Of a stretch of DNA of 64,000 bases, positions 25,704 to 36,898 are shown one piece after another (within the stretch, counting starts at the first letter, position 1; the number at the start of each line of letters is the position of its first letter). Made by a program: the position numbers and the translations under genes. The DNA is from Mobula hypostoma. Lineage: Eukaryota. The stretch covers positions 25,298,001-25,362,000 of the forward strand of contig NC_086117.1 of assembly GCF_963921235.1 (NCBI RefSeq), in the 5' to 3' direction. The notes beneath the pieces were generated by a model. It saw only the letters and a list, made by a program, of their open reading frames with translations, made no database searches and was not told the origin of the DNA.

Positions 25704-27413
25704 GCAAACAACAGGAATTCTGCAGATGCTGGAAATTCAAGCAACATACATCAAAGTTGCTGGTGAACGCAGCAGACCAAGCAGCATCTATAGGAAGAGG
25801 CGCAGTCGACGTTTCAGGCCGAGACCCTTCGTCAGGACTAACTGAAGGAAGAGTGAGTAAGGGATTTGAAAGCTGGAGGGGGAGGGGGAGATGCAAAATG
25901 ATAGGAGAAGACAGGAGGGGGAGGGATAGAGCCGAGAGCTGGACAGGTGATAGGCAAAAGGGGATACGAGAGGATCATGGGACAGGAGGTCCGGGAAGAA
26001 AGACAAGGGGGGGGGTGACCCAGAGGATGGGCAAGAGGTTTATTCAGAGGGACAGAGGGAGAAAAAGGAGAGTGAGAGAAAGAATGTGTGCATAAAAATG
26101 AGTAACAGATGGGGTACGAGGGGGAGGTGGGGCCTTAGCGGAAGTTAGAGAAGTCAATGTTCATGCCATCAGGTTGGAGGCTACCCAGACGGAATATAAG
26201 GTGTTGTTCCTCCAACCTGAGTGTGGCTTCATCTTTACAGTAGAGGAGGCCGTGGATAGACATGTCAGAATGGGAATGGGATGTGGAATTAAAATGTGTG
26301 GCCACTGGGAGATCCTGCTTTCTCTGGCGGACAGAGCGTAGATGTTCAGCAAAGCGGTCTCCCAGTCTGCGTCGGGTCTCACCAATATATAAAAGGCCAC
26401 ATCGGGAGCACCGGACGCAGTATATCACCCCAGTTGACTCACAGGTGAAGTGATGCCTCACCTGGAAGGACTGTTTGGGGCCCTGAATGGTGGTAAGGGA
26501 GGAAGTGTAAGGGCATGTGTAGCACTTGTTCCGCTTACACGGATAAGTGCCAGGAGGGAGATCAGTGGGGAGGGATGGGGGGGACAAATGGACAAGGGAG
26601 TTGTGTAGGGAGCGATCCCTGCGGAATGCAGAGAGAGGGGGGGAGGGAAAGATGTGCTTAGTGGTGGGATCCCGTTGGAGGTGGCGGAAGTTACGGAGAA
26701 TAATATGTTGGACCTGGAGGCTGGTGGGGTGGTAGGTGAGGACCAGGGGAACCCTATTCCTAGTGGGGTGGTGGGAGGATGGAGTGAGAGCAGATGTACG
26801 TGAAATGGGGGAGATGCGTTTAAGAGCAGAGTTGATAGTGGAGGAAAGGAAGCCCCTTTCTTTAAAAAATGAAGACATCTCCCTCGTCCTAGAATGAAAA
26901 GCCTCATCCTGAGAGCAGATGCGGCGGAGACGGAGGAATTGTGAGAAGGGGATGGCGTTTTTGCAAGAGACAGGGTGAGAAGAGGAATAGTCCAGATAGC
27001 TGTGAGAGTCAGTAGGTTTATAGTAGACATCAGTGGATAAGCTGTCTCCAGAGACAGAGACAGAAAGATCCAGAAAGGGGAGGGAGGTGTCGGAAATGGA
27101 CCAGGTAAACTTGAGGGCAGGGTGAAAGTTGGAGGCAAAGTTAATAAAGTCAACGAGTTCTGCATGCGTGCAGGAAGCAGCGCCAATGCAGTCGTCGATG
27201 TAGCGAAGGAAAAGTGGGGGACAGATACCAGAATAGGCACGGAACATAGATTGTTCCACAAACCCAACAAAAAGGCAGGCATAGCTAGGACCCATACGGG
27301 TGCCCATAGCTACACCTTTAGTTTGGAGGAAATGGGAGGAGCAAAAGGAGAAATTATTAAGAGTAAGGACTAATTCCGCTAGACGGAGCAGAGTGGTGGT
27401 AGAGGGGTGGTAG
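25704..27413 (-). mobile_element. Young 5'-truncated Penelope-like element (RT C-terminal half plus GIY-YIG endonuclease)
   Basis: Uninterrupted 390-aa ORF at 27307-26135 with MGTRMGPSYA, FLRYIDD and GVIYCVRCSRCGLLYIGETRRRLGDRFAEH. Perfect 13-bp TSD AATCAGAATTAAC at 25691-25703 and 27414-27426. Confidence 0.95.
25804..25839 (-). ncRNA. Minimal type I hammerhead ribozyme motif in the Penelope 3' tail
   Basis: Minus strand reads AGTC-CTGACGA-AGG-GTCTCGG-CCT-GAAA-C-GTC-GACT: full core, 4-bp helix I, 3-bp helix II and palindromic ACGT helix III. Confidence 0.8.
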
Positions 27414-27884
27414 AATCAGAATTAACAATGGTTGTCCTTCAGAATCCAGGATCACTGTATATCCCATTGGAGGGCCAGTACACACAACTCACTCAGTGTT
27501 CTCCTTATGAATGGCCAAAGCATGGTCCACCTTGAAAGGAAGGATAAAGTTAATAAACCCATCTTGAAGTTTATTTTATACTGCTGTAGGTTTCTCTGAG
27601 GTTTGCTTACTTAGATAAAAATGGTTCACTTAGAAAAAATTAATTCCAATTGAAAGGCATTGAATGGTATAGGCAAAAGACAATTAATTATAAAACAGTC
27701 TAATTCGGGGGTTCCCAACCTTTTTTATGCCATGGACCCCAGTCATCAACCAAGGGATCTGTGGACCACAGGTTGGGAATCCCTGTTAGAGGGTGATATT
27801 ATCCCACAAAAGTAACTACATCTTTTTCAGAAGTAAAAGATAGCAATTAAACAACATTAACCTTGTTACTGGAAATTTCACTTG

Positions 27885-28160
27885 AATGTGTCAGCCATGA
27901 TTCCCCACTCAAAAAATATCAGAAAGTCGTGGGTTCAATTGCCACTCAGACGCTATGAGGATATAATCCAGCCAATTCTTCTTTGCATTGCTAAGGTACT
28001 TAGGTACTGTCTTTTGGATAAACTATGAAATATTTCCTTCTATGACAATTGGAAAAGAACCCATGACACAGGAGAGTCTTTCTGGTGTTCTAGCCAATAT
28101 TTATCCTCTGACCAGCATCATGAAAACATATTATGAGTTTGTAATAATACTGTGTGAATG
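27885..28160 (+). mobile_element. Ancient Deu-domain-like SINE, split by a Rex-like LINE
   Basis: B-box-like GTGGGTTCAATT and a TTCTGGTGTTCTAGCCAATATTTATCCTCT segment; continues after ~28770. Similar relics at ~22990-23160 and ~58170-58510. Confidence 0.5.
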
Positions 28161-28164
28161 GAGT

Positions 28165-28760
28165 CACCCACATTGATTCAGAAGCCTGATAGCTGTAGGG
28201 TATGAACTGTTACTGTGGGTCCTATGGGGTTCTGTTCTTCCATTCAGAAGGGGCAATGGCCTGGATGGAGGGGATTCTTGTTGACGGACGCTCCTTTCTT
28301 GTGGCAGCACTCCATGTAAATGTACTCATCGGTGGTAGAGAGGCTTTGCTTATGATGGACTGGGCTGTGTCCACCACCTTCTGTAGCCTTTTCTGTTCCT
28401 GGGCATTGGTGTCTCCCATAGCAGACCATGACATTGCCAGTTAGGATACTCTTCACTGTGCATCCATGGAAGTTTGTCAAAGCTTTTAGTGGCATGCTGA
28501 ATCTATGCAAACTTCTAAGAAAGTAGTTGTGCTGTTGTGCCTTCTTTGTGATGACACTTACGTATTGGTCTCAGGACAGATCCTCTGAAATGTTAATGTC
28601 AAGGAATTTTTAGCTACTGACTCTTTATCTCCGTTCCCTTAATGAGGATTGATTCCAGCTTCTTCCCTCTGTAGTCGACAATCAACTTTTTGCTGACTTT
28701 GAGTGACAGGTTGTTGTTGTGGCTTCACTCAGCCAGATTTTCAGCCTCCCTCCTATATGT
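28165..28760 (-). mobile_element. Rex/Babar-like LINE fragment
   Basis: KALTNFHGCTVKSILTG and KRLQKVVDTAQSII relics. Confidence 0.8.
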
Positions 28761-28974
28761 TCTGCATTTTGCTGTTTATGGACGTTTACTGTGTGTAAAC
28801 AGACTGCTTTATTCCATAAAATATGTTAATACAGAGAACTCAGAAATTATTTAAAGGGACATCCTGAAATTGTGAAAGGAGAAAGTTAAAATGCAAATCT
28901 TTCTTTTTATCCTAAATTACTCTAGATTGTTTAATGTCATTTCTGGTACACAAGTGTTAAGAAGAATGAAATAA

Positions 28975-29925
28975 TTGATTCCCACCGCTGCTTGTAAGAA
29001 GTTCGTACATTCTCCCCGTGACCACATCAGTTTCCTCAGGTTTCCTCCCACAGTCAAAAGGCGTACCGGTTGGTAGGTTAATTGGTCATTGTAAACTGTC
29101 CCGTGATTAGAAACATAGAAACATAGGAACATAGAAAATAGGTGTGGGAGTAGGCCATTCGGCCCTTCGAGCCTGCACCGCCATTTATTATGATCATGGC
29201 TGATCGTCCAACTCAGAACCCCGCCCCAGCCTTCCCTCCATACCCCCTGATCCCCGTAGCCACAAGGGCCATATCTAACTCCCTCTTAAATATAGCCAAT
29301 GAACTGGCTTCAACTGTTTCCTGTGGCAGAGAATTCCACAGATTCACCACTCTCTGTGTGAAGAAGTTTTTCCTAATCTCGGTCCTAAAAGGCTTCCCCT
29401 TTATCCTCAAACTGTGACCCCTTGTTCTGGACTTCCCCAACATCGGGAACAATCTTCCTGCATCTAGTCTGTCCAATCCCTTTAGGATTTTATACGTTTC
29501 AATCAGATCCCCCCTCAATCTTCTAAATTCCAACGAGTACAAGCCCAGTTCATCCAGTCTTTCTTCATATGAAAGTCCTGCCATCCCAGGAATCAATCTG
29601 GTGAACCTTCTTTGTACTCCCTCTATGGCAAGGATGTCTTTCCTCAGATTAGGGGACCAAAACTGCACACAATACTCCAGGTGTGGTCTCACCAAGGCCT
29701 TGTACAACTGCAGTAGTACCTCCCTGCTCCTGTACTCGAATCCTCTCACTATAAATGCCAGCATACCATTCGCCTTTTTCACCGCCTGCTGTACCTGCAT
29801 GCCCACTTTCAATGACTGCTGTATAATGACACCCAGGTTAGGAATATATTGGAGGATTGCTGAGTGATGTGGCTCGAAGGGCCAAATGGGCCTATTCCAC
29901 ACTGTATCTCAACAAATAAATAAAC
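28975..29925 (+). mobile_element. V-SINE/HE1-like tRNA-derived SINE split by a CR1 insertion
   Basis: 5' part GTTTCCTCCCACAGTCAAA...GGTTAATTGGTCATTGTAAA (to ~29110) and 3' part GGGCCTATTCCACACTGTATCTCAACAAATAAATAA (29840-29925). An unsplit relative lies at 57105-57395. Confidence 0.75.
29111..29840 (-). mobile_element. Young CR1 LINE 3' fragment
   Basis: Uninterrupted ORF2 C-terminus (KKANGMLAFI...LVRPHLEYCVQFWSP...GYGGKAGAGF*) and (AACATAGA)n-type tail at 29111-29140. Confidence 0.9.
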
Positions 29926-30813
29926 CAATAAATCATAAATAACGTGTTGCTTAACAATTTTGAGAACAGTTAGGAAAGATTGCATGTCCTTTTATGCCTG
30001 GAAGCAAGTTTAGATCAGTAATAAAATTGAAACCATGACTTACAAAGTTGGGGAGTGACAGTAGCCTATGGAAAAGTAATTTGTTAAAAGTGAAGATGGT
30101 GTTAAATTGGGTGCTGCAACAATATATGATCAATCTTAGTAGCAATATAAAGAGTGGTTCTTTAAAACTTCTTTCTACATAGTGACAAGCACAACAATTT
30201 AACAGGGACGTGGTGAAGTAAGACCACCTGAAACTTGTAGGAGGTCACTGATGGGCATCTGGGGAATTCTGGGTCTACTGTCACTTACATCAACTTCCAG
30301 TCTGGTAAGGTCTCAGGTTTGACGTTTTCTTCTTTGTTTTAAAATCCCCTCACAATCTCATTCCACTCTATCTAAAATGTCCAGACATATAACCTTCTTT
30401 GAAGGCCTACGCTTGATCAAATTTTGGGTCACATTTTCTGTGACAGTAAAACTATCTGACCATTTTGAATTAGTACCTGGCTAACACTGGGCTCCAGTGT
30501 CCACTTCCCTTCACACAACAGGTCCCAATTTCTGCGGTCCCTTCCATCTCACCTGGTTCTATTTCCAGCATTCTTTTGAAATTTACCTGATCTTTGTTTC
30601 CCATGTTTCCTTTTAACTAATTTACTGAGTTTACTGGACAATTTACTACTTTCATCTTTAAAAAAGTGAATTCAAAGAGTTGGAGAAATAACAAAAGGTG
30701 CCACCAGAGTTCTGAGCATTCTGGACTAACTGGGTTTTATGTCCATTATTGGTCATGTCAGACGTTGGGTATGCCGAACTATATTAGAGGGACTATTTCA
30801 TTATTACTGAGAC

Positions 30814-31117
30814 TATAGGCATCCGTTAGTCTTGTGAGACCATGGATTTGCGCCTTGGAAGGTTTCCAGGGTGCAGGCCTAGGCAAGGTTGTATGGAAGA
30901 CCGGCAGTTGCCCACGCTGCAAGCCCTCTCCACACCACCGATGTTGTCCAAGGGAAGGGCACTAGGGCCGATACAGCTTGGCACCGGTGTCGTCGCAGAG
31001 CAATGTGTGATTAAGTGCCTTGCTCAAGGACACAACATACTGCCTCAGCTGAGGCTCGAACTAGCGACCTTCAGATCACTAGACCGACGCCATAACCACT
31101 TGGCCATGCGCCAACAC
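30814..31117 (-). mobile_element. tRNA-derived SINE (CORE-like body) with 9-bp TSD
   Basis: Minus-strand head with A box TGGCCAAGTGG and B box GTTCGAGCC, body GTGTCCTTGAGCAAGGCACTTAA. TSD TACTGAGAC at 30805-30813 and 31118-31126. Confidence 0.85.
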
Positions 31118-31199
31118 TACTGAGACGAGGGAGAGCAACAATTAAGGTCTGAACTTCTAGGCCATCATGTGACCAAGATCTAGAAAAAATATCTCCTAC

Positions 31200-31639
31200 C
31201 TGAGGTTAGTGAGCTGTAGGAGGACCCAGATGTGTTCCTCAGAGAGGTCCACATCGTACAACACTAATGACCCAAGCCTCTTCTGCCACTGAAGCAGGAA
31301 CTGGATGTCATTCAGCTGGACTCCAGAGAGGTCAAGTGAGGTCAGAGTGGTCAGTGGCCGCAGGAGTCGGTCTACGTTCACTCCCTCAGTTAGATATCCC
31401 AGGTTGAGAAAACACAGCCGGTGGAAGCCAGTAAAGGTGAAGTCCTTAACAAGATCCTGCCGTGAGGAGCTCACCAGGCTGTTGTCCCCCTCACAGCCGC
31501 CAGGATTCTCCTCTTCATAAAAAATGTTATTGCACCCAAACAGACTGAGTGACACCAGCGTGCTGCGAAAGTTATTAAGAGTCTGTAAGCTCTTGGCTGA
31601 GAGTCTGTCGCAGTTCACCAAGCGAAGCTCAATGAGATC
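31200..31639 (-). CDS. ZER1: ZER1 exon 4 (LRR region)
   Basis: cag|GATCTCATT. DLIELRLVNCDRLSAKSLQTL...FYEEENPGGCE...LLQLTNLR, donor AG|GTAGGA, 440 nt. Confidence 0.95.
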
Positions 31640-32369
31640 CTGAAGGACAGAGGAAAGGTAGATGTCATGTCACTGGAATACCAAATTACCAGACAGAATA
31701 TCGTTAATTGTAGCTTTACAATTGCTAATTAGCAAACAAATAATGCAGTGGTTATGTGATTGGAAAGCTTATGAAGAAACATATAGCCTAGAAGCCTGAA
31801 AGGGTGATCTTCAAACTTTAGCTATTAATCCAGGGAGTTTAAATGCAATAGTTTGAGAATTTAAAATAAAGTCCTCGGATAAATATCTGGTATCAGAAAA
31901 AGTGACTCAAGATTAGTTGTAATTTCCTTGATGAAAGGATACTATTTGTCCTTATCTATTCTAGACCTGTGTGTGGTTTTACGCCCATATCAACACAATT
32001 GACTTTGAACTGCACGAGGACCCTGCAGAATACTTACAAGTCAGAGTAGAGTTTATTGTCGTATGCACAAGTACATGTTTGCACTGGTGCAATGAAAAAG
32101 GCATTGCAGCAGCATCACAGGCACACAGCACATTTCAGGGCAAAAAAGATAAAAGCAATAAATAGTGGCCTTGGTAGTGACATCCATGCCTAGAGTGAAA
32201 ATCATTAAAAAAGAAAAAGAGCCCCGAAAATGATGAATAGTTCAATTACTACCATTTTCCAGTTTATCAATTCAGTTGTCTCTCATGTTTTCCAGAACGT
32301 TTCATAGTTTACATGTGATTTTATATATAGCGAAAGAGTTATGTTTTGAAATTTCTGAGAAGGTCCTAT

Positions 32370-33395
32370 CTTCGGGAAGAAGCTGTTCCTGAATCGCTGA
32401 GTGAGTGCCTTCAGGCTTCTGTACCTCCTTCCTGATGGTAACAATGAGGAGAGGGCATGTCCTGGGTGGTGGGGGTCCTTAATGATGGACGCTGCCTTCC
32501 TGAGCTATTTGCTCCTTGAAGATGTCTTGGAAACTACAGAGGCTGGTACCCATGATGGAGCTGACTAATTTTACAACTCTCTGCAACTTACTTTGATCCT
32601 GTGCAGTATCTTGCCGCCCCCCCCCCCCCAAACACATACCATATGCTGATGCAGCCAGTCAGAATGCTCTCCACGGTACATCTGTAAAAGTTGGAGTGCC
32701 TTATGTAACTATCTAAATCGCCTCAAAATCCGAATGAAATATAGCCGCTGTCTTGCCTTCTTTATAGCTGCATCAATATATTGTGACCAGGTTAGATCTT
32801 CAGGGATCTTGACACCTAGGAACCTGAAACTGCTCACTCTCCCCACTTCTGATCCCTCTATGAGGATTGGTTTGTGTTCCCTCATCTTACCCTTCCTGAA
32901 GTCCACAATCAGATCCTTGGTCTTACTACCACTGAGTGCCAAGTTGTTGCTACCACAGCACTCAACACGCTGGTATATCTCGCTTCCATACACCCTCTCT
33001 GCATCTGAGATTCTGCCAACAATGGTTGTATCATCAGAAAGCTTATAGATGGCATTTGAGCTGTGCCTAGCCACACAGTCATGGGCGTAGAGAGAGTACA
33101 GCAGTGAGCTAAGCACACATCCCTGTGGTACGCCAGTGTTGATCGTCAGCGAGGTGGAGCTGCTACTTCCAATCCGCACAAATTGTAGTCTTCCAGTTAG
33201 GAAATCGAAGATCCAGTTGCAGAGGGAGGTAAGGAGGCCCAGGTTCTGCAGCTTTTCCCATCAGGAGTGTAGGAATGATGGTGTTGAACGCTGAGCTATG
33301 GTCAATAAACAGCATCCTGACATAGGTGTTTGTGTTGTCCAAGTGATCCAAGGCAATGTGGAGAGCCATTGAGGTTGCATCTGCATTAGACCTAT
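32370..33395 (-). mobile_element. Rex/Babar-like LINE RT fragment
   Basis: [52 protein letters not shown] and [11 protein letters not shown]. Confidence 0.88.
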
Positions 33396-34239
33396 TCAAA
33401 ATGATATTTTTCTATTCAAAACAATAACAGCAGCAGTGAAGAAAATGTAGTAAAGATTTACAAGGATATGGCCAGAATGAAGGGGGCTGTAAATATCGGA
33501 AAATATGGAAACTTAGAATTTTTTTTCCTGGAAGAAAGCAAGCATGGAAAAGTGAATCTGATCGAGGTCTTTGAAATTGTGAAGTAACTCTTTCCACATT
33601 GGCTTCTCCAGAACAGGTTGTTAATATAAGAAAGTCACTTTAAGAATTTAGAAAGAACATCTCATGAGTGGTGAAAATGGTGAACTAATTGTTGAATACC
33701 AAGGTAAAGCAGAGAGCTGATGAATTTAAGAGGAAGCTTGATGTATATGTAAGGAATACATAGGTATGGGAAAGGTGGATTGCAGGTCCTGTGCTGCATC
33801 TACTACAAATGCCATTCAAATTCAAACTCCAGTCTTAATTACTTTTCCACTCACAATTCCTTAGCCTACCATAGTCCAGAAATTGGACTAGAAAACAAAA
33901 CCTTTTTTGACGACAAGTAAATCACATTTGGTCACATTCCAAAGCTCTTGTGGTATTCCTGGCAAAATACCATCCTTTGGAAAATTGGACACTTCCAGTC
34001 ATGATTCATCCAAACATTGGTGAAACAACATGTGATAATGTCACCAATGTGAGCAGCACACACTCTGACTTAACAATAGAATTTGGATCAAAATGTTGCA
34101 ACCTGTTATCTTTGTTTTTCCATTCCCAATAAAACATGGAGCTAATCACACAAGTTAGGAATTGTATTTGAATTATAGTCTTCGTTAGCATGTTATTCTC
34201 ATCTTCAACCATTCCGACACACTGACATGCGCTCAGTGA

Positions 34240-34520
34240 GGTACTTCCTGCATCTAATAAAGTTGCCACTCAGTGTTTGTTTGTGATCTCTGCTACTGTA
34301 CCCCACCTGCTTCAAGGTTCAACAAGTTGTGCATTCAGAAATGGTCTTCTGCACACCACTGTTGTAACATGTGGTTATTTGAGTTACCGTTGCCTTCCTG
34401 TCAGCTTGAACTGGTCTGGCCATTCTCTTCTGACCTCTTTCATTAACAAGTTTTCGCCCACAGAACTGCTGCTCATCGGATTTTTTCTTCTTGTTTTTCC
34501 ACACCATTCTCTGTAAACTC
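34240..34520 (-). mobile_element. Tc1-like fragment
   Basis: RMARPVQADRKATVTQITTCYNSGVQKTISECTT. Homologous to 14740-15270. Confidence 0.8.
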
Positions 34521-35023
34521 TATATTTGACATGTATTATAATAATAGGAATATTCCACGTTTGATCTTCAGTCTAAATTGATTTCAACATAGGTGTATTG
34601 GGAACACCAAGTTTGTCTTGGTCATTCTGACTGAGAAAGGAAGAATTCACCAGAACTTCCATTATTGAGCGTCATTTAGCTATGTGGCTATGTGGATAGA
34701 ATTAGGACTAGTTATAGATTCCCTTTCTCAAACAAAAGCTAGTCAGCTGTCTCTGAGGGAGACCAGATACAGTGAAGTTAAACCCCTTATGTGAAGTCAG
34801 AACCATGTGAATGGAGATGATTGTTGAAACAAGGCAACTTCAGATTGTCCATTTTGAAGTATTTTGTCTAAATATTTTCTTTTCATGTTCATCTGAAAGA
34901 GCTTGTGTGTGTGTTCAAGAAACAAATACCAAAATGTCAGATTAAAATGTGCCACATTTTTGGAAGAGAGGAGGGTTAGAGAGAGACTGGGTGAGTGACA
35001 AAAATATATAACGTCACTCATAC

Positions 35024-35183
35024 TTGTTTAGAAAATGCCAACAAGTCCTCATCCTGAATGACATCGTCATGAATCCCCCTCAAATGTACGCGAGTCAGTC
35101 GAGTACTCCGATGGTCTGAGAACAAACTAAAGAAACTGAAGTTTACGGGGAAGCTGTTGTCTGTGTTCACGAGGTCCATATAC
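35024..35183 (-). CDS. ZER1: ZER1 exon 3
   Basis: tag|G TAT ATG GAC. YMDLVNTDNSFPVNFSFFSLFSDHRSTRLTRVHLRGIHDDVIQDEDLLAFSKQ, donor GTATGA, 160 nt. Confidence 0.95.
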
Positions 35184-36740
35184 CTAGAGAGAGCACAAGA
35201 GATGGTATGAGCCTTTTGAAATTGACTTAACCTCAGAATTGGAAAAAGCAGTGTTTGAGGGTTTAGGAGAACATGAAAATAAAATATTCTTAGGATTCCA
35301 CCATCCTTCATTACAAAATGCTACATCATTCCTTCATTTCCATCCCACCAGTCTTAGCATCTCGCTCAAACCAGCCCTCAATCATCTAAACTCAAATTTA
35401 TGCATCAGAGTTTCATAGTTGCAAAGATAGTCTTACCTAGTTTCCTCTTAAATCTATCTGTGAGTTTTCCCTCAACTGCTCCATGTAATGGTGAGATTCC
35501 TATTTTTATAATTCCCTTGTGGAAGAATTTCTCCCATTTTATTGAGTATATTAGTGAGCTATGTTTGAAGCAAAACACATCAGAACTCTTGCCACACAGT
35601 TTTTGAAATCTCGAGTTCTCTGCATTTAAAAAGGCTAGAAGTGCTGGAGGTCAATTAAAGCTTTTACCGTTGAGGCCAATAGATTTCTATGGGTGGATAT
35701 GTCATAGATCCTGGAGCAAAGATGTGAAAATTCAGTTAAGATAAATATCATGCATGGTAGAAAGGCTTGTGGGGTTGACTTATCCTCTGCTTCATGTTAG
35801 ATGAGCTGATTGGATCTTACCACTTTGGTCACTTCCTTTTGAATCATTTCCAGTTTCTGAAAGCCACAGAAACCTAAAGCTCTTAATCTTGTTCTGCTAT
35901 CCAATCTGTCTTGGCCAATCGCCATCTTAACTTCAACCAACTTTTGTTGTTTCTTACCCACCTTATGTCCTTGTCCAACAAAAAATAAATTTCGGTTTTG
36001 GAATTAACAAGTTACTGGTAGTCATAACAACTCACAGGAAGAGTTAAAAACAACTTTCATTTTTTAATGACCTTTCATTATCTTGGATATCACAAGACCA
36101 CAAGACACAAGAGCATCAACACCATTCAGCCCATCAAATCTGTTCCGTCATTCAACCATGGCGGATTTTCTTCTCTCAACCTCATCTACCTATCTTTACC
36201 CCCTTACCAATCAAGATGGTATTAATGTTTGCCTTAGAGAAATCCAATTACTTGGCTCCCACAAACCTCAATGTAATGAATTCCATAGATTCAATGCCCG
36301 CTAGCTCAAAGGAGGTTTCAATGAGTTTCAACATTTCATCCTTCCTAACTCAATTGAGCACAAGATCAGAGCCATCAAAAGTTTCTCAAAAGTTAAGCCT
36401 TTCATTCCAGGCATTGTTCTTGGGGAGCTTCCCCAGACCTTCTCCAGGGCCAGCACATCTTTCCTTACATACAGGCCTAACATATTTCAAATGTGATTTG
36501 ATGAATCTCTCATAAAGCCTCAAAATACTTTATAGTTTAAACAGCTTTTAAAATATTACTGAATTCTAATATAAGACATCTAATAGCTAATGTGGACAGA
36601 GCAAAGCCCTATATACAGCAATAGCATCCCAGATTTTTTCTATCCTACAGATTAAGAAGTATTTCCTGACATCACCATCCTGAATGACATCATCTCTCAG
36701 ATACCCTTCACCTCCTTCCAATTCTGTACTTGAAACTCAC

Positions 36741-36898
36741 ATATTGACAAGACGGTTACAGATCTCACTGGGAAGAAAGATATCGGGGTGCAGTCGCAGC
36801 GTCTCATTGTCTTGCATGTAGCACAGAGTTCCTTCCAGGTTCCACAAGCAATACTTGGTGCAGAGAGTCATCAGCGAGTCGGGGCTGTATGAAGCCAT
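36741..36898 (-). CDS. ZER1: ZER1 exon 2, first coding exon (acceptor at 36977, ATG at 36898)
   Basis: MASYSPDSLMTLCTKYCLWNLEGTLCYMQDNETLRLHPDIFLPSEICNRLVN matches the ZER1 N-terminus. 158 coding nt, donor AT|GTGAGT. Confidence 0.95.

Noticed and set aside
26458..27282. 274-aa overlapping ORF inside the Penelope element
   Set aside because: Alternative frame of C-rich, stop-poor sequence with no domain motifs.
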